Assembly (NCBI GenBank): GCA_013239625.1
Contig: MU053652.1
Span: forward strand, 868,001 to 932,000
Direction of reading: 5' to 3'
DNA length: 64,000 nt
DNA from: Lama guanicoe
Lineage: Eukaryota
The translations under genes and the position numbers were made by a program. The notes beneath the pieces were generated by a model that searched no databases, was not told the origin of the DNA, and was given only the letters and a program-made list of their open reading frames with translations. Shown piece after piece: positions 1 to 11,812 of this stretch; within the stretch, counting starts at the first letter, position 1, and each line of letters begins with the position of its first letter.

Positions 1-764
1 ACTTTAACAAACCCATCAACCAGAGAAGCACAGGCCACAGCCAACTACATAGTCCTGACCTGCAAATAATTTCCAGGGCCACTACTCATCGTTAGAGCTT
101 CAAACCAACAAAAGCAACAGCTTCTTTGATCACTACTGCCAGCAGGTCCTGCTTATAAAAATCAATCCACTTTAGAGCCTCAGGGGTTGGGGCCGGGGCT
201 AGAATCAACTGTTCTACTATTTCTCAGACAAGTGTTGCAAAAGGTTCCCACTGCTGTGAAAGAAAAGAGTGGATCTGGAACAGAAATCACCGTGGTTCCT
301 AAGAACATCTAATCCAGGACTGAAGTATATCAACTCATTTCTAGAATCACTTAGCACATTTAAAATTCCAAGATAACGAAGTGGTAGATAGAGTACATGT
401 AGGCAAGCAATCCTACTCATGACTGAAGTAAAAGCTTTGCAGAGACTCACAGTCCCCTTTAACTACTATTTCTGCATATATGTATATAATCATTCATTCA
501 GTAAAGGACTGAGGATTATATTAAGCATTATCAAAAAACATTTCTAAAGCATTTGTGAATACAACATTGATCCAAGTGTTAAAGCCAATTATGTCTCTAT
601 TATGAGCACATACACACTACTGAGTACTTGTCAAATATTAGACATTTTAAAAAAAGGATTTCACTCGATGTTCAAATCTATGAAGTTAAGTGCCACTTTC
701 TGTAATTTAGAGATGAAGAAACGGAGAATTCACGAGATTAAGAAACTAGTCTATATGCATATGC

Positions 765-840
765 AGGGGCAGAAGTTAATGAGAAATCTCTGTTCCCTCC
801 CCTCAATTTTTCTGTGAACCTTAAAGTACTCCTTTAAAAG
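765..840 (+). mobile_element. Old L1 3' terminal fragment (L1MB/MC-like)
   Basis: GAAATCTCTGTTCCCTCCCCTCAATTTTTCTGTGAACCTTAAAGTACTCC resembles the extreme 3' end of old L1M elements. Confidence 0.6.
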
Positions 841-844
841 TTGA

Positions 845-901
845 AAGAGGAAGGAGGGAAGGAAGGGGGAGGGAGGGAGGCAAGAGGAAGGGAGGGAGGG
901 A
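845..901. repeat. Polypurine (GGAA/GGGA)n low-complexity tract
   Basis: About 55 nt of almost only G and A. Confidence 0.9.
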
Positions 902-1869
902 ACTAGCCTAAGGTCTTATAATTATAGAGTAATAGGCCAGGATTTCAACACAGGTTTAACTGATGCCAAAGTCTGTTCTCTTTCCCATGACACTCTACTC
1001 TCCCTAAAAGTATAAAAACTATCAATGAGAATGATTACGGGTGGCAGTAAATGGACTTTATTTATTTCATTTTCTGTTCTTTTCAATAAAGATTTCACTG
1101 GGAAAGCATAAAGCATGTTAAGCGACTGGTCAATTTTTTTTATTCATTTATGCAGCCATTGGAGTATTATTCCGCATGCTGATGAAGTAATACAGTGAGA
1201 CAAATACTATCTCTGCTAACGCATCCCCCAAACTGCACAAGAGTCAGGAGGATACTGAATTGAGTTTCCACTTTAGTCAACTCCAGTGAGGGACTCAATT
1301 ATTTTGTACGTTTGGCACCAACACTAACAAAGTTGGCAGGAATCTGTGATCAAAAGAAGGCCAGGGAGGAAAATAAAAGGCCAGTAAATCAGAAAAGAAC
1401 TTAAAATTTACATAACATAGAAAGATGTCTACAAATGCTCCGGTTTTACTCAAGGGTTGCTTATTACACCATTACGACAGAAGTAGGTTTCTACCAAAGC
1501 ATGAAGATGCGCTAAAGCAAGTAATCCTTTGGGGATAATTATTATCCTGGAATTTAAGGACTGTCCTCATACAATAAAACATTGACCGACCAAGGCCTAA
1601 CTAACCAGCGTCCTTTAAACCCAGCTGTCTTCAGAGCACTGTTCTTCCCCTCCTTCCCCCACAATCAAGTCCCCTTAATTATTAGCTCTCAGGATTACTA
1701 GTCTATCTTTATCCACCAGCTTCTCCCTTTCTATCTACATGTATGTACCTTCTCAACAAAAATCTTGCTTTGAGCCTTATATTCTATCATCTTATTTCTG
1801 TTTTATCTTTAGATTCTAAACTTCAAAAAGCAGCCTTCATGTATATCATTTCCCTTACCGTGACATGGC

Positions 1870-2700
1870 TTATTCCTCATTTCTCTCCCAAGCTCCAATC
1901 CCACATCTGTGACTGCATGCTTGACCTATTCACATATTTCACTGATAAAATCAACCCTAAATTCTGAAACCTAAATCATCTTCCCATAAAATCAGTAATC
2001 CCTCCAGTCAACTTTCTGGGTTTTTTATTTAAAAAAGTTTCTTATTCTCACTGATCTCCAGGTTTAAAACATCAAAACCGTCTTTAATACATTTCCTTAT
2101 CCTTTGTATCCACAAAAGAGTTAGTGCCCAAGCTCATGAATCACCCCCCTTCTCAACTCTCTATTAGGTGACCCCTTCCGGTCCATTTTGACAGCCACCA
2201 CTTCATGCAGTTTTTCTCATTTAGTTTTCTGCCTCTCGTCTTTTATACTTCCTGTCCTTCTGGAGGAACTGCTCCTTCTGTAGGAACACCATCAACAGAG
2301 TGATATTCCTAAAAACACAGGTGCTGCTATCATAAGGCTCCTCCTATCACCTATAACTACCTGACCCCAGTATACATTTCCAATCACACCTTATTCTCCC
2401 TAACATGAAACCAACACTCCAATCAAGATCACCTACCTAACCTACCTCTGAATATGCCTGGGCCCTCTCATTTTGGAATGCCTACCTTAGATTACCCTCT
2501 CTCTTAATTCCTAACAAACCCTTCAGAGTTCCAGTGTTTCCTCTTCAATCACCTCTTTCCCAGGCCACTCTAGGTCACCCAAACCCTTTTCTGAGCTCCC
2601 AAAGTACTCATTTTACACATCACTCAATAAAATATTCATCCAAAATTGCCTGATACAATTAGCTATTATTTAATGAAAAGACACCTGACCATTTATAAAC
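1870..2700. mobile_element. Highly decayed L2 LINE remnant
   Basis: C/T-rich stretch with L2-like words (TTTCTCTCCCAAGCTCCAATCCCACATCTGTGACTGCATGCTTGAC, TGGAATGCC); boundaries rough. Confidence 0.5.
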
Positions 2701-3179
2701 ATGACGGATTTTTCTATTCCTTAAATCACGGTATTTCTTCATTTCTACCACGGAGCCATGTAACATACCAGTGCATCAAAAAATACAGCGAATTGCTGAC
2801 TTCTTAAAAAGCCTGTGATAAGAAGTCTTGATGCATATGTTGTTATATGTAAATCAGAGCACCTCCAAAATACAGCCCTCAGTGCAAACATCTATACTAT
2901 GAGTAAAACAAAAAGGATAGGTGTGATTTTAATCACGGGCTTTGTGATGTTTGTTTCTTTCATTGTGTTTGCCTCTTTTTCCTAATAACGTTTATCATCA
3001 GCTGAAAAAATTATGCTTTAAAAGAGCTAAAGTTTTATGTTGACAGCCAAATTGGCAAAAGTACAATTTTTTTTTACTATCTCAAAGAACAAATAAGCCC
3101 CTACTTCTAAGACGTCTGAAATGTATTTGAATTGAGCTTAATCTTTGACTACAAAGTCTTGACATCAGATGCTTGGTAT

Positions 3180-3480
3180 TAAAACATAACCATATCATTT
3201 CTCAGTGAGTCTACATCATTGTGGATAATGTACCACATTTTCCAAATTGTTCATAACTATCCTAACCACTCATGGACGAGTTCAGATTTCCATTTTTATG
3301 AAAAGAAATACACTATACAGTTTGTCTTTCGCCTGGGGTAAATCTCCCAAGACTGGAATTCTGGGGCAAAGGGCATTACATCTAATATTAAATACATCCT
3401 GCCCACAGAAAATCTTCAGAAGATAATCCCACGCATGTTCTTACTGGCTCTAAATTCCTTCATATCTCAGATGTTCTTTT
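3180..3480 (-). mobile_element. Old L1 (L1ME-like) fragment
   Basis: CATTGTGGATAATGTACCACATTT and GGAATTCTGGGGCAAAGGGCAT resemble the antisense L1 ORF2 end/3' UTR. Confidence 0.5.
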
Positions 3481-3594
3481 CTTTTCTTTTCTTTTCTTTT
3501 TTAAAGGACCTGGAATTGCTGTTTCTGATGGATCAAGACTTCAAAAAATTAAAGGTCATAATTGATTTGTGTTTTAACTTAAAAGGTATTCATT

Positions 3595-3717
3595 GCAGTC
3601 GAGTGCATGCCTAGCACATATGGAGTCCTGGGTTCAATTCCCAGTACTTTCATTAAAAAAAAAAAAGAATAAACCTAATTGCCTCCCCCTACCCAAAAAA
3701 CAAATTAAAAAAGAAAG
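3595..3717 (+). mobile_element. Camelid tRNA-Ala-derived SINE (vic-1-like), 5'-truncated
   Basis: GAGTGCATGCCTAGCACATATGGAGTCCTGGGTTCAATTCCCAGTAC, A-rich tail with AATAAACCTAATTGCCTCCCC; TSD AAAGG(T/C)ATTCATT at 3582-3594 and 3718-3730. Confidence 0.9.
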
Positions 3718-4269
3718 AAAGGCATTCATTTATAAAACCAAAGACAAGAAACATGAAAACATAGCTGAAAAGCACCTGAAAATCTACATATCCCAGTGAT
3801 ATCCTGATTCACTGTATTTTTTGAGTATCTAGTATGTTAGATGATTCTGTGGTAGAAGCAAAGAAATGTAATACTTTAAAAAGAGCACATATAATGGGGT
3901 GGTCAGGTATCTCTTCTGCTATAATATTGATTAGCAGTTGCCAAGATGCTAGTCAGAAAGCTCATGATATAAAAAGCAGAGCCAAGATTTTGAGATTCAT
4001 AACTTGCTATAACATGGGTAACATCATTCTGAATGAATCCCTCATTTACCATTTAAGCCTCCTTATTTAACATATTGTCTGTGGTTACTTGTGGTTATTA
4101 TACATGGAAAATTTTCTAAAAATAAATATGGGATTTACAGGCTGAGAATTAACACACCTCCTGTCTTCAGCTTCTCCATTTATCCAACTAGTTGCTCCCT
4201 GAAACACCCAGATCCTTGTAGATACTTAATGTGCTGGGTCCTTTTTAGTATCTTCCCAGCTAACAAAAT

Positions 4270-4745
4270 CCTTGCCTCATCTAAGGACTGTTTCCCAACC
4301 AAACAGTGGATTCTGGTAAACATGACCATACTAGGATCCCAGCCTTTCAGTCAGAGCCTACGTCACCAAGGAAACAGCCAGCTCCCAATTAGCCAGTCAG
4401 ATTCTTTTCCCCAGGAATGTGTTAGTGGGATACAGTCTGTACTGGCCGATGTAAGTGAGAAGATGTAAGAGCTTGGGGGCAACCCCCTTTTACCATGCGG
4501 CTGAAAAAAATCTAAAAAAACCAATCTGTACAGAGAGAATAAAGAATTAACCAGATGACCAGAGAAGAACAGGAGACCCACAGAAGAGAGATTCAAAGGT
4601 TGCAATCTAAGTTTTCCATAGTGCAAAGGTCTCAAATCTAGTTACTGATAAGGCCTTAGATTTTCTACCCCTGGGTTCTATAAATATTTCCTTATAGCCC
4701 TTAATACATTTTCCTTATTTTTCCCTTCTGATAACGTGAATGAGT
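4270..4745 (+). mobile_element. Possible old MaLR LTR (MLT1J/K-like)
   Basis: GCCAGTCAGATTCTTTTCCCCAGGAAT and downstream segments resemble old MLT1 LTRs; heavily decayed. Confidence 0.35.
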
Positions 4746-4768
4746 CTTCACTAAGGTACCTATGCATA

Positions 4769-5009
4769 CAGGCGGGAGGGGGATGGTAAGGGAGTTCAAG
4801 ATTTTAGATACTGACAGGTATATACAGAATAGATGAACAAGTTTATACTATATAGCACAGAGAAATACATTCAAGATCTTGTAGTAGTAGCTCACAGTGA
4901 AAAAGTATATGAAAATGAATATACATATATTCATGTATGACTGAAAAATTGTGCTGTACACCAGAAATTGACACAACATTGAACACTGACTATAACTCAA
5001 TTTTAAAAA
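4769..5009 (+). mobile_element. Young camelid/artiodactyl L1 3' UTR, 5'-truncated
   Basis: ATAGCACAGAGAAATACATTCAAGATCTTGTAG...TGCTGTACACCAGAAATTGACACAACATTG, A tail; TSD AAGGTA(C/T)CTATG(C/A)ATA at 4753-4768 and 5010-5025. Confidence 0.92.
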
Positions 5010-5399
5010 AAGGTATCTATGAATAAACAACTATATACTAATCTGCATCTAGTAATGACATTTATATCGCAAGTACTATTTTTGTGGAACACTGGTATTT
5101 CATAACAGGAGCAGTGGTTTGCACAGATTTCAGTCTACACAACTGGAAAACTAGTTCTCCTGACTAGTAATGACTATTCAATGATTTACAGAAAAGCCAT
5201 ACCAAATTTGTGCCCCTAACCCTCACCCCCATGAATCAGAGAATTAGACTGCTTCATGGAAGGAAATACTACCATGAAAAAAATCACCTTGAGCTCCCAG
5301 TATGAACTAAGGCTCAACTTTCTTGTGCAGTATCTTGAATGTGCCTACAGTAAATACTGTCATCTTCAATAATTTGCTCTTTTAAAATGCAGATGCCCA

Positions 5400-5800
5400 G
5401 GAGTTTGCATTCTGGGAACAGCAAAGTTGCTTCCATTGGACTAATCCTAAATACTGATAATAATTATAAAAGCTGAAAGAAGTATAAAAAGTAGTAAGTC
5501 TTTTAAAATTTTTTCTTTAAAATAAGGCCCTGGAGAGGAACCAAACTGGCAGAAACTGGTGGCTATGATCCCTTAAAGACGAAAGGAAGCACACTAGGTA
5601 AGTTCCTCTGCCTTTTTCCACGAGAGCCCCTTCCAGTTCCCATGGAGAAGGAAAGAACCCACTACAGTCTTACGGGATTGAAGGAGACAAGGCCGAGGTC
5701 AAAGGGCACCAAGAGGTCCAAAATTTGAGAAAAGAAATTCTCAAAGGCAGAGGAGGAGCATATCAAGGTAATATAACCCTCAAACTATCTCCTTGATTCC
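5400..5800 (+). mobile_element. Old L1M 5'-end remnant
   Basis: TTCTGGGAACAGCAAAGTTGCTTCCATTGGACTAATCC...AATAATTATAAAAGCTG resembles ancient L1M 5' UTR consensuses. Confidence 0.4.
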
Positions 5801-6623
5801 AGAAAATATTAAACAGGACCACCATTTAAAATTACCAAAAACTATCAGATTTCCCCCACAAGGCTGCTAATGGATGAAATATCAATGACAGAGAAGAAAA
5901 CAGGAAAAGTTATTCTTTGAATATAGTAGTCTCATTTCCCATTGTACAAGGACTGAAAAATTCTGCAGTAAGAAAACCAAAAGGAAAATTAACAGTCATC
6001 CAAACACGGAATGGCTGTCTGCTTAATTATACTCAAAATCAATGGCAATTGCATGATTAAAAGCACTATTAGTATGGCCTTGTGAATAACCCCTTAGTGT
6101 TCAAAGTAAAACATACTCAAAAATTCCAAGAGTACACATGTATTTCCTGGTTGGTCCTGTATCAAATCCCTGATCGGCAAATTCTCAAAGAGCTCACGCT
6201 TAGCTCCCCCCACTACCCCAAGAGAAGAACTTCTTAACAAAGAAAACCCAGATTTACATAACTTTCAAAATAGAGTTTTCATTTATTTTAAACATGTATT
6301 TACTTAATACATAAAATATGAATGGTATAATCCTAGATATAAAAACAAGACTCAAAAAAAATCCTCCCCTAATATCCAGTGAACTTTACTATATATAAAT
6401 AAAAAATTTAAGTGAGTTAAGAGCCAATCAGTCAATCAGTCCTTCCCTCAATGTGCTTATCTAGTAAGAGAGACACACATGAATGACTATAATACAAGGG
6501 AGAAAGCGGGAAGCATCAGGTCAAAGAAACCACTGTGAGCATTTACGAGAAGGCCAAAACTGCTCCCAGTTCGGATGATGAAAACCAGTTTCAGGATCAT
6601 GGCACTATAGGACATAAACAGAT

Positions 6624-6627
<4 letters not shown>

Positions 6628-6663
<36 letters not shown>
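6628..6663. repeat. Poly(A) run (36 nt)
   Basis: Direct observation. Confidence 0.95.
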
Positions 6664-6664
<1 letters not shown>

Positions 6665-7046
6665 AGAATAAAGAAACGATGCTGAGGAAATTCCAAGTAT
6701 CCTTATAACAGCAAATAGTTTAAGTAACATAAAGATGAAATCTGAGAAGAAAGTTTGGAAAGGCGGGAAATGGAAAGCTTCTCAGGGCCTTTTAACACCA
6801 GGCTCAGGTACTGAAGTCAAATTCAAAATAAGGGGACAGTAAAAAGCTTTGACTAGGGAAATAAAATGTTTATTAATATACTTTAGGTAAATTAATGTAC
6901 CAGCATATACGATAAGAGATAGGAAGGCAATGAGATTGGGGGCAAAATGAATGATTAAGGAAATGTGATAAAGAGAGGGGACAAAAATGAAAAGCCTACC
7001 AAGATCATTCAGGATAAAAAAGAGATGTGAAACTAAAGTAGTGATT

Positions 7047-7143
7047 GTAACGAGATCATACAATTAGTGTACAGTAAAGTGTAATAAGACTATACAATTA
7101 GTGAACAGTGAACTATAAAGTAATGAGATTGTACAATTAATTA
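7047..7143. repeat. Degenerate tandem repeat, about 3 copies, period 34-39 bp
   Basis: GTAAnRAGAnnnTACAATTA recurs; TACAATTA starts at 7059, 7093 and 7132. Confidence 0.75.
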
Positions 7144-7547
7144 GACACATTTGTGAGTCAATGCAGAGAAAACACTTAACAAAATTTAACCAGTTATTCT
7201 ATGAAGGAAAGAAGAGGAGAAATTTTTAAATGGGTAAAAGATTGCATATGTGAAGGACTAAAAAACTGTGATTCCATGAACAATGATTAGGAAGGCAGGA
7301 AAACGGGTTGGATGGGGACAATAAATTTAGTTTGGAATACAATCCCTTGTGAAGCTTATGAATATTCATATTCATGTGTACCCTCAAACACATAATGTTA
7401 AAGGGTAAATAATGTTGATGAGATTTCTCTGATTTATACATTAATTAAATTTCATTAGGATTGTTAAGTGTAAGTCTCTAAGCTCTCTGAAGGATACCGT
7501 GAAGGACATATATCTGAATATTCGTAATCTGGTTTTATCCTATAATA

Positions 7548-7700
7548 TTTTTAAAACAGCTTTGTTGATGCGTAATTTACATACCATAAAATTCACCTAT
7601 TGTAACATACAGTTCAACCATTTTTAAGTAAATGTATACAGTTGTGCAACTATCACTACAATCATTTTAGAACACTCCTAACACTAATAAAGTTTCCTTA
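7548..7700 (-). mobile_element. L1MB-like 3' end
   Basis: CAGCTTTGTTGATGCGTAATTTACATACCATAAAATTCACC...GTTGTGCAACTATCACTACAATC. Confidence 0.85.
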
Positions 7701-7719
7701 CGATGTTAGCTGAAAGTTT

Positions 7720-8940
7720 TTCACAGAGCCTTTTATCAGACTGAGAAAGTTTCTTTCTAGTTCTAGTGTGCTAAAGATTTTTGCTTTGGTTTAATTTTTT
7801 TTAATCATCAAAATCGGTGTCAAGAGCTTTCCCACGTCTATTGAGATGATGATGTAGGTTTGTTCTTTATTTTATGAATATTATACATTCATTAATTTTC
7901 TTTGATAAATGCCACTTAATTATGGTATATAACACGGTTTATATTGATAAATTCAATTTGCTAATATTTTGTTTAAGACTTTTGCATCTATGTTCATGAA
8001 GGATATTGCTGTACAGTTTTCCTGTGCTATCTTGTTTTTTGATCCGGGCAATAATGGCCTCAAAGGATGTGCTGGAAAGTGATTCCTCATCTCTTTTTCC
8101 TGAAAGCGTACGCTTACATTTGTTATAGGACAATTCAGATTTTCTATGTCTTCTTGAACCAGTTTTGGTATTTTGTGTCTCACTAGGAATTTGCCACTTC
8201 ATCGAAGCTGTCTAACTGGTTGGCATAAAGTAGTTCATAATAATTCATTATAATCTTTTTAACTTCTATAGGGTCCACAGTGTTGCCTCTTCTTTCATTC
8301 CTGATTTTCTCTTTTTTGGGGGCGGGGGTTCTCTATCAGTCTAGCTATTTATCAATTTTTGATCTTTTCAAAGAACCAACTTTCAGTTTCATTACTTTTT
8401 TGTATTGTTCCTGATTTCTATTTCATTGGTTTTTCACTTTAATCTTTATCATTTCTTCCATCTGTCTGCTTTCAGTTTGATTTTTTTTCCTTTTTCTAGC
8501 TTAAGATGGAAACTTAGATTGCTGATCTTAGGTCTTTCTTATTATACCCATGATGTATTTAGAAGTTTGTCGTTTCATTTCCAACTATTTCAGAAGTTTC
8601 AATATTCCCCTTGTTTTTATTTAATTCTGTTATGGATGGGGAACATACTTTGTGTGATTCCAATCCTTTTAAATGTATTAAGCTTTACTCCACAGTCTAG
8701 TGTATGATCTATCATGAAGAATACTCTATGTGAACATGAAATAATCTGTATTCTGATAAAATGGGTGGGGTGTACCAATATGTCACTTTAAGTCAAGGTG
8801 CTTGACAGTGTTGTTCAAATATTATATGTTTTCTGTCCAGTTGTTCTATGAAAAAGAGTACTGAAATCTCCAACTATAATTGTTGAATTTTCCACTTATT
8901 TCAATTTTGTCAGTTTTTCCTCCATGCGTTTTTGATCCCA
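7720..8940 (-). mobile_element. L1 ORF2 remnant (endonuclease-to-RT linker region), frameshifted
   Basis: ORF 7953-8183 gives IENLNCPIT and AISFMNIDAKVLNKILAN, matching the L1 ORF2p motif PISLMNIDAKILNKILAN. Confidence 0.92.
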
Positions 8941-9464
8941 GTGTTTTCATGATTTGTCATTTATAGCTCACTCATAGAAAACACAAGACAAGAGACCACG
9001 CTAGGGGAAGACACAGAAGTGGTCTCAATGCCCAAAGGCACATTCCTAACTTCATTATAGTCTCTGCCCATTTCACCAAAAACACATTTTAAGGTTCTTC
9101 TACATATTTGTATCACTCTCTCCTGTTCTCTCATCAGTGATGACTACCAAGCTCCATGGTTTTCTTACACCGTTACAAAACATCAGCTACTGGCGTCACA
9201 GTTTTACTCTAAGACTCATATGTTTCATCCTAATATATTAATGACTCCTTTTATCATTAACAGTCTTTCTCAGTCTCCTCAATTCCAATGACCTCTACTC
9301 TATTACTCTTTGACATTCTTTCTCCTTTGGAAATACTCTATATCCAAGGTCTCCAACTCTGAATTCTCCTCTCTGACCACAATGTTTTATCTCCTCCAAA
9401 AAAAAACATACACCTCTTGTTTCTCTGTTGGTGCTAAAATTCTAGAAAGCCTAGTCTACGGATA

Positions 9465-9810
9465 GGAATCACTTGGAGAAGTACTTTAAAACAAAGATTA
9501 ACGTGCCCCACTTTAGAACTGCCAAATGAGAGAGCAACATAGAAATGTAGACAGTCTGAGTTTTCAGTTCCATCACATATTAGCCATGTGACCTCAGCAC
9601 ATTACTTAATCTTGCTAAACCATATTTCTCTCATCTGTGAAATAAGGATAATAGAATCTACTTCATAGAATATAAAAATTAAAATAAATATCATATATAA
9701 ATGCTTGAAAATAAAATACAATAAAATGCTTGGCTCATAACAGACTACTATCATCCCTGGGCATGAGGCTCAGCAATCTGTTGGATTTTTTTTTAATGCA
9801 TCACAGGAAC
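9465..9810. mobile_element. MER5-like hAT DNA transposon split by a MIR (MIR about 9530-9750)
   Basis: Left arm GAATCACTTGGAGAAGTACTTTAAAACAAAGATT...GCCCCAC; right arm CCCTGGGCATGAGGCTCAGCAATCTG; MIR core TGTGACCTCAGCACATTACTTAATC...CTCATCTGTGAAATAAGGATAATA between them. Confidence 0.6.
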
Positions 9811-9827
9811 CAAATAACTAAGGTATT

Positions 9828-9975
9828 ACCTCTCTGTGCCTGAGAACCTTGACTTCCTCATCATTGATAAGACAGGAGTAATAATATTACCTATCATCAG
9901 GATTAAATGAGTTAATGCTGTAAATCACTTAGAATATTACCTGGAGCATAGCAAGCACTTTATAATTCTTATTAA
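9828..9975 (+). mobile_element. MIR SINE fragment
   Basis: TTCCTCATC...AATAATATTACCTATCATCAGGATTAAATGAGTTAATGCTGTAAATCACTTAGAA. Confidence 0.75.
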
Positions 9976-10219
9976 ATAGATAAATAAAATTCTCTCTGTA
10001 TCCTCACCATCTTGTCACTGCTGTCATCTTCTCCTCCTTCTTCCCTCCCCCTCTTCTCTCTGCAGTAAAGACCTCAATTACTAAATGCAGGCTTCTGCTA
10101 ATATTCATTCTCCAAACTTTTGGAATGTTTCCTTCCATTTCAGTGAGTCTGATGACCACATTTTTCTTCTTAATTATTTGAATGTTCAGTATTCTTACTC
10201 TTGCTTTTGTTCACTTCCA

Positions 10220-11010
10220 TTTTAGTTTTACCTACATTTCAGGTGATTCCCAGATCTCCCTCCACCATCATACTTTCTCTCAAGCTCCAGAGATGTACTG
10301 TCATTTGCCTGCGAGAGTTACTTATCCCAGGAAGGAACTGAAAATAGACATTAAGAGAGTAGTGAGGCATGGGGTCAACAAACAGCCTGACCAAGCAAAC
10401 TCTTTATTATCACCTCTCTTCCAAAGGAGGGAGGAGGAGGAGGGGGTATAGCTCAGTGGCAGAGTGTATGCTTAGCATGCGTGAGGTCCTAGGTCTAATC
10501 CCCAGTACTTCCACTGAAAAAAGAAAACAAACAAATTAAAAGGAGGGAGGAAGGGAAAGAAGGAAGAAGGAAAAGTCCCCTTAATTTCTCTCTGTTAATA
10601 CCACTGGTTTGGTTTTCTGACCTCCCAGGATTAAAATCTGTAGTTAGTTCTGATTCTTTTCAGTCTTGTTCCCCAAATCAACTGCCAAATTCTATAGTAT
10701 ACTGCACATCTCATGTCCATTTCCTCTTCTAAATATTTTCATTCCTTATCCATTTAAATCTGATCCTCATAGTCCATTGCACAGCTTAGTATAACAGTCT
10801 CCCAACTGGTCATCTGCCTTACACCTCTTGTGACCATCCTTCCCATAACCCGCTAAGCTCACTAATGCAGAGTTCAAGGTCATCATTCTTCTGCTCAAAT
10901 CCTTCAATGCCTTCCTCCTTGCCAGCAAAATAAACCTCCATCTCCTCACTGTTATTCAGCACCTTCCACAACCCCTCCTAGAGCCTTATTTCCTATTAAG
11001 TTGTTTTTAC
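10220..11010. mobile_element. L2 remnant interrupted by the SINE at 10436
   Basis: TCTCTCAAGCTCCAGA; CATCATTCTTCTGCTCAAATCCTTCAATGCCTTCC...AAAATAAACCTCCATCTCCTCA. Confidence 0.6.
10436..10538 (+). mobile_element. tRNA-Ala(AGC)-derived SINE or retroposed tRNA pseudogene
   Basis: 10442-10513 GGGGGTATAGCTCAGTGGCAGAGTGTATGCTTAGCATGCGTGAGGTCCTAGGTCTAATCCCCAGTACTTCCA, then A-rich tail; TSD AAAGGAGGGAGGA at 10423-10435 and 10539-10551; B box mutated. Confidence 0.92.
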
Positions 11011-11708
11011 ATAATTACCATCTGGTTAAATAATTTCCTGTTTCATAAATAGGTTCTCAGGGTTTTTGTCATGTTTGAGTTTATCCTTTTTCCTCCCTGC
11101 TTGTAACTACCTCTACCATTTATCAAGTATGGGAGGCTAAGATCAAAAAAGTGCCTTTAGTATAACTTGACTGATTTTAACAAATTACAAGTGCTCCATT
11201 CAGATGTTACTAACCAGAGCCCACATGACCAGGGAAGATGCCAACCTCAGGCTTGAGGAAGCAGAGGTCAGTGTTATACCTTTGAAGTTTTATCTTCTCA
11301 TGGAGGTGTTACCTCTACCTTCTTGTGAAAGTTCTTTTTTCAGTGGTCTTTTCTGTCACTTATCTTTAGTCTTATGATAACTAGCTGCCTCTGTCTTCAC
11401 AATAGATGCACATGTGTAACACATGCTGGTGGGTAGAAGAGACTTTCCTTACCCTCTTTACTACCTGAAGGTCAATATCCCATCAGAAGGCTAACACACA
11501 AATTGAGACCTTCAGACAGTCACTGAGCTATCTCCAAAAGATGCTGGTTTTTCTGGTTTTCATATCTTTACCATATTCATTTTAGATTAACACCAGACAT
11601 TAATAATTCATATCTCACAGGGGGAAAAAAGCACTTATGTGAGAATTGCAAAAAAAATAAATAAAAATAAAAGTGCTTCTGATTAATCTAGTTGATATTT
11701 CACCATTA

Positions 11709-11812
11709 TGTGTGTGTACATATATACATATATTTGCTCTTATTTATATTTATATATATATATACAGTATATCTACAGTATATATACAGTATATTTATAT
11801 ATACACATATAC
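11709..11812. repeat. (TA)-rich degenerate microsatellite
   Basis: TATATA and TACAGTATA repeats. Confidence 0.85.

Noticed and set aside
6500..6670. Processed pseudogene ending in the A36 run
   Set aside because: No recognisable mRNA or ORF, no clear polyadenylation signal, and only a 7-bp flank match (AAACAGA)
10442..10513. Functional tRNA-Ala gene
   Set aside because: B box mutated (GGTCTAATCC), stem mismatches, and A tail plus TSD indicate a retrocopy
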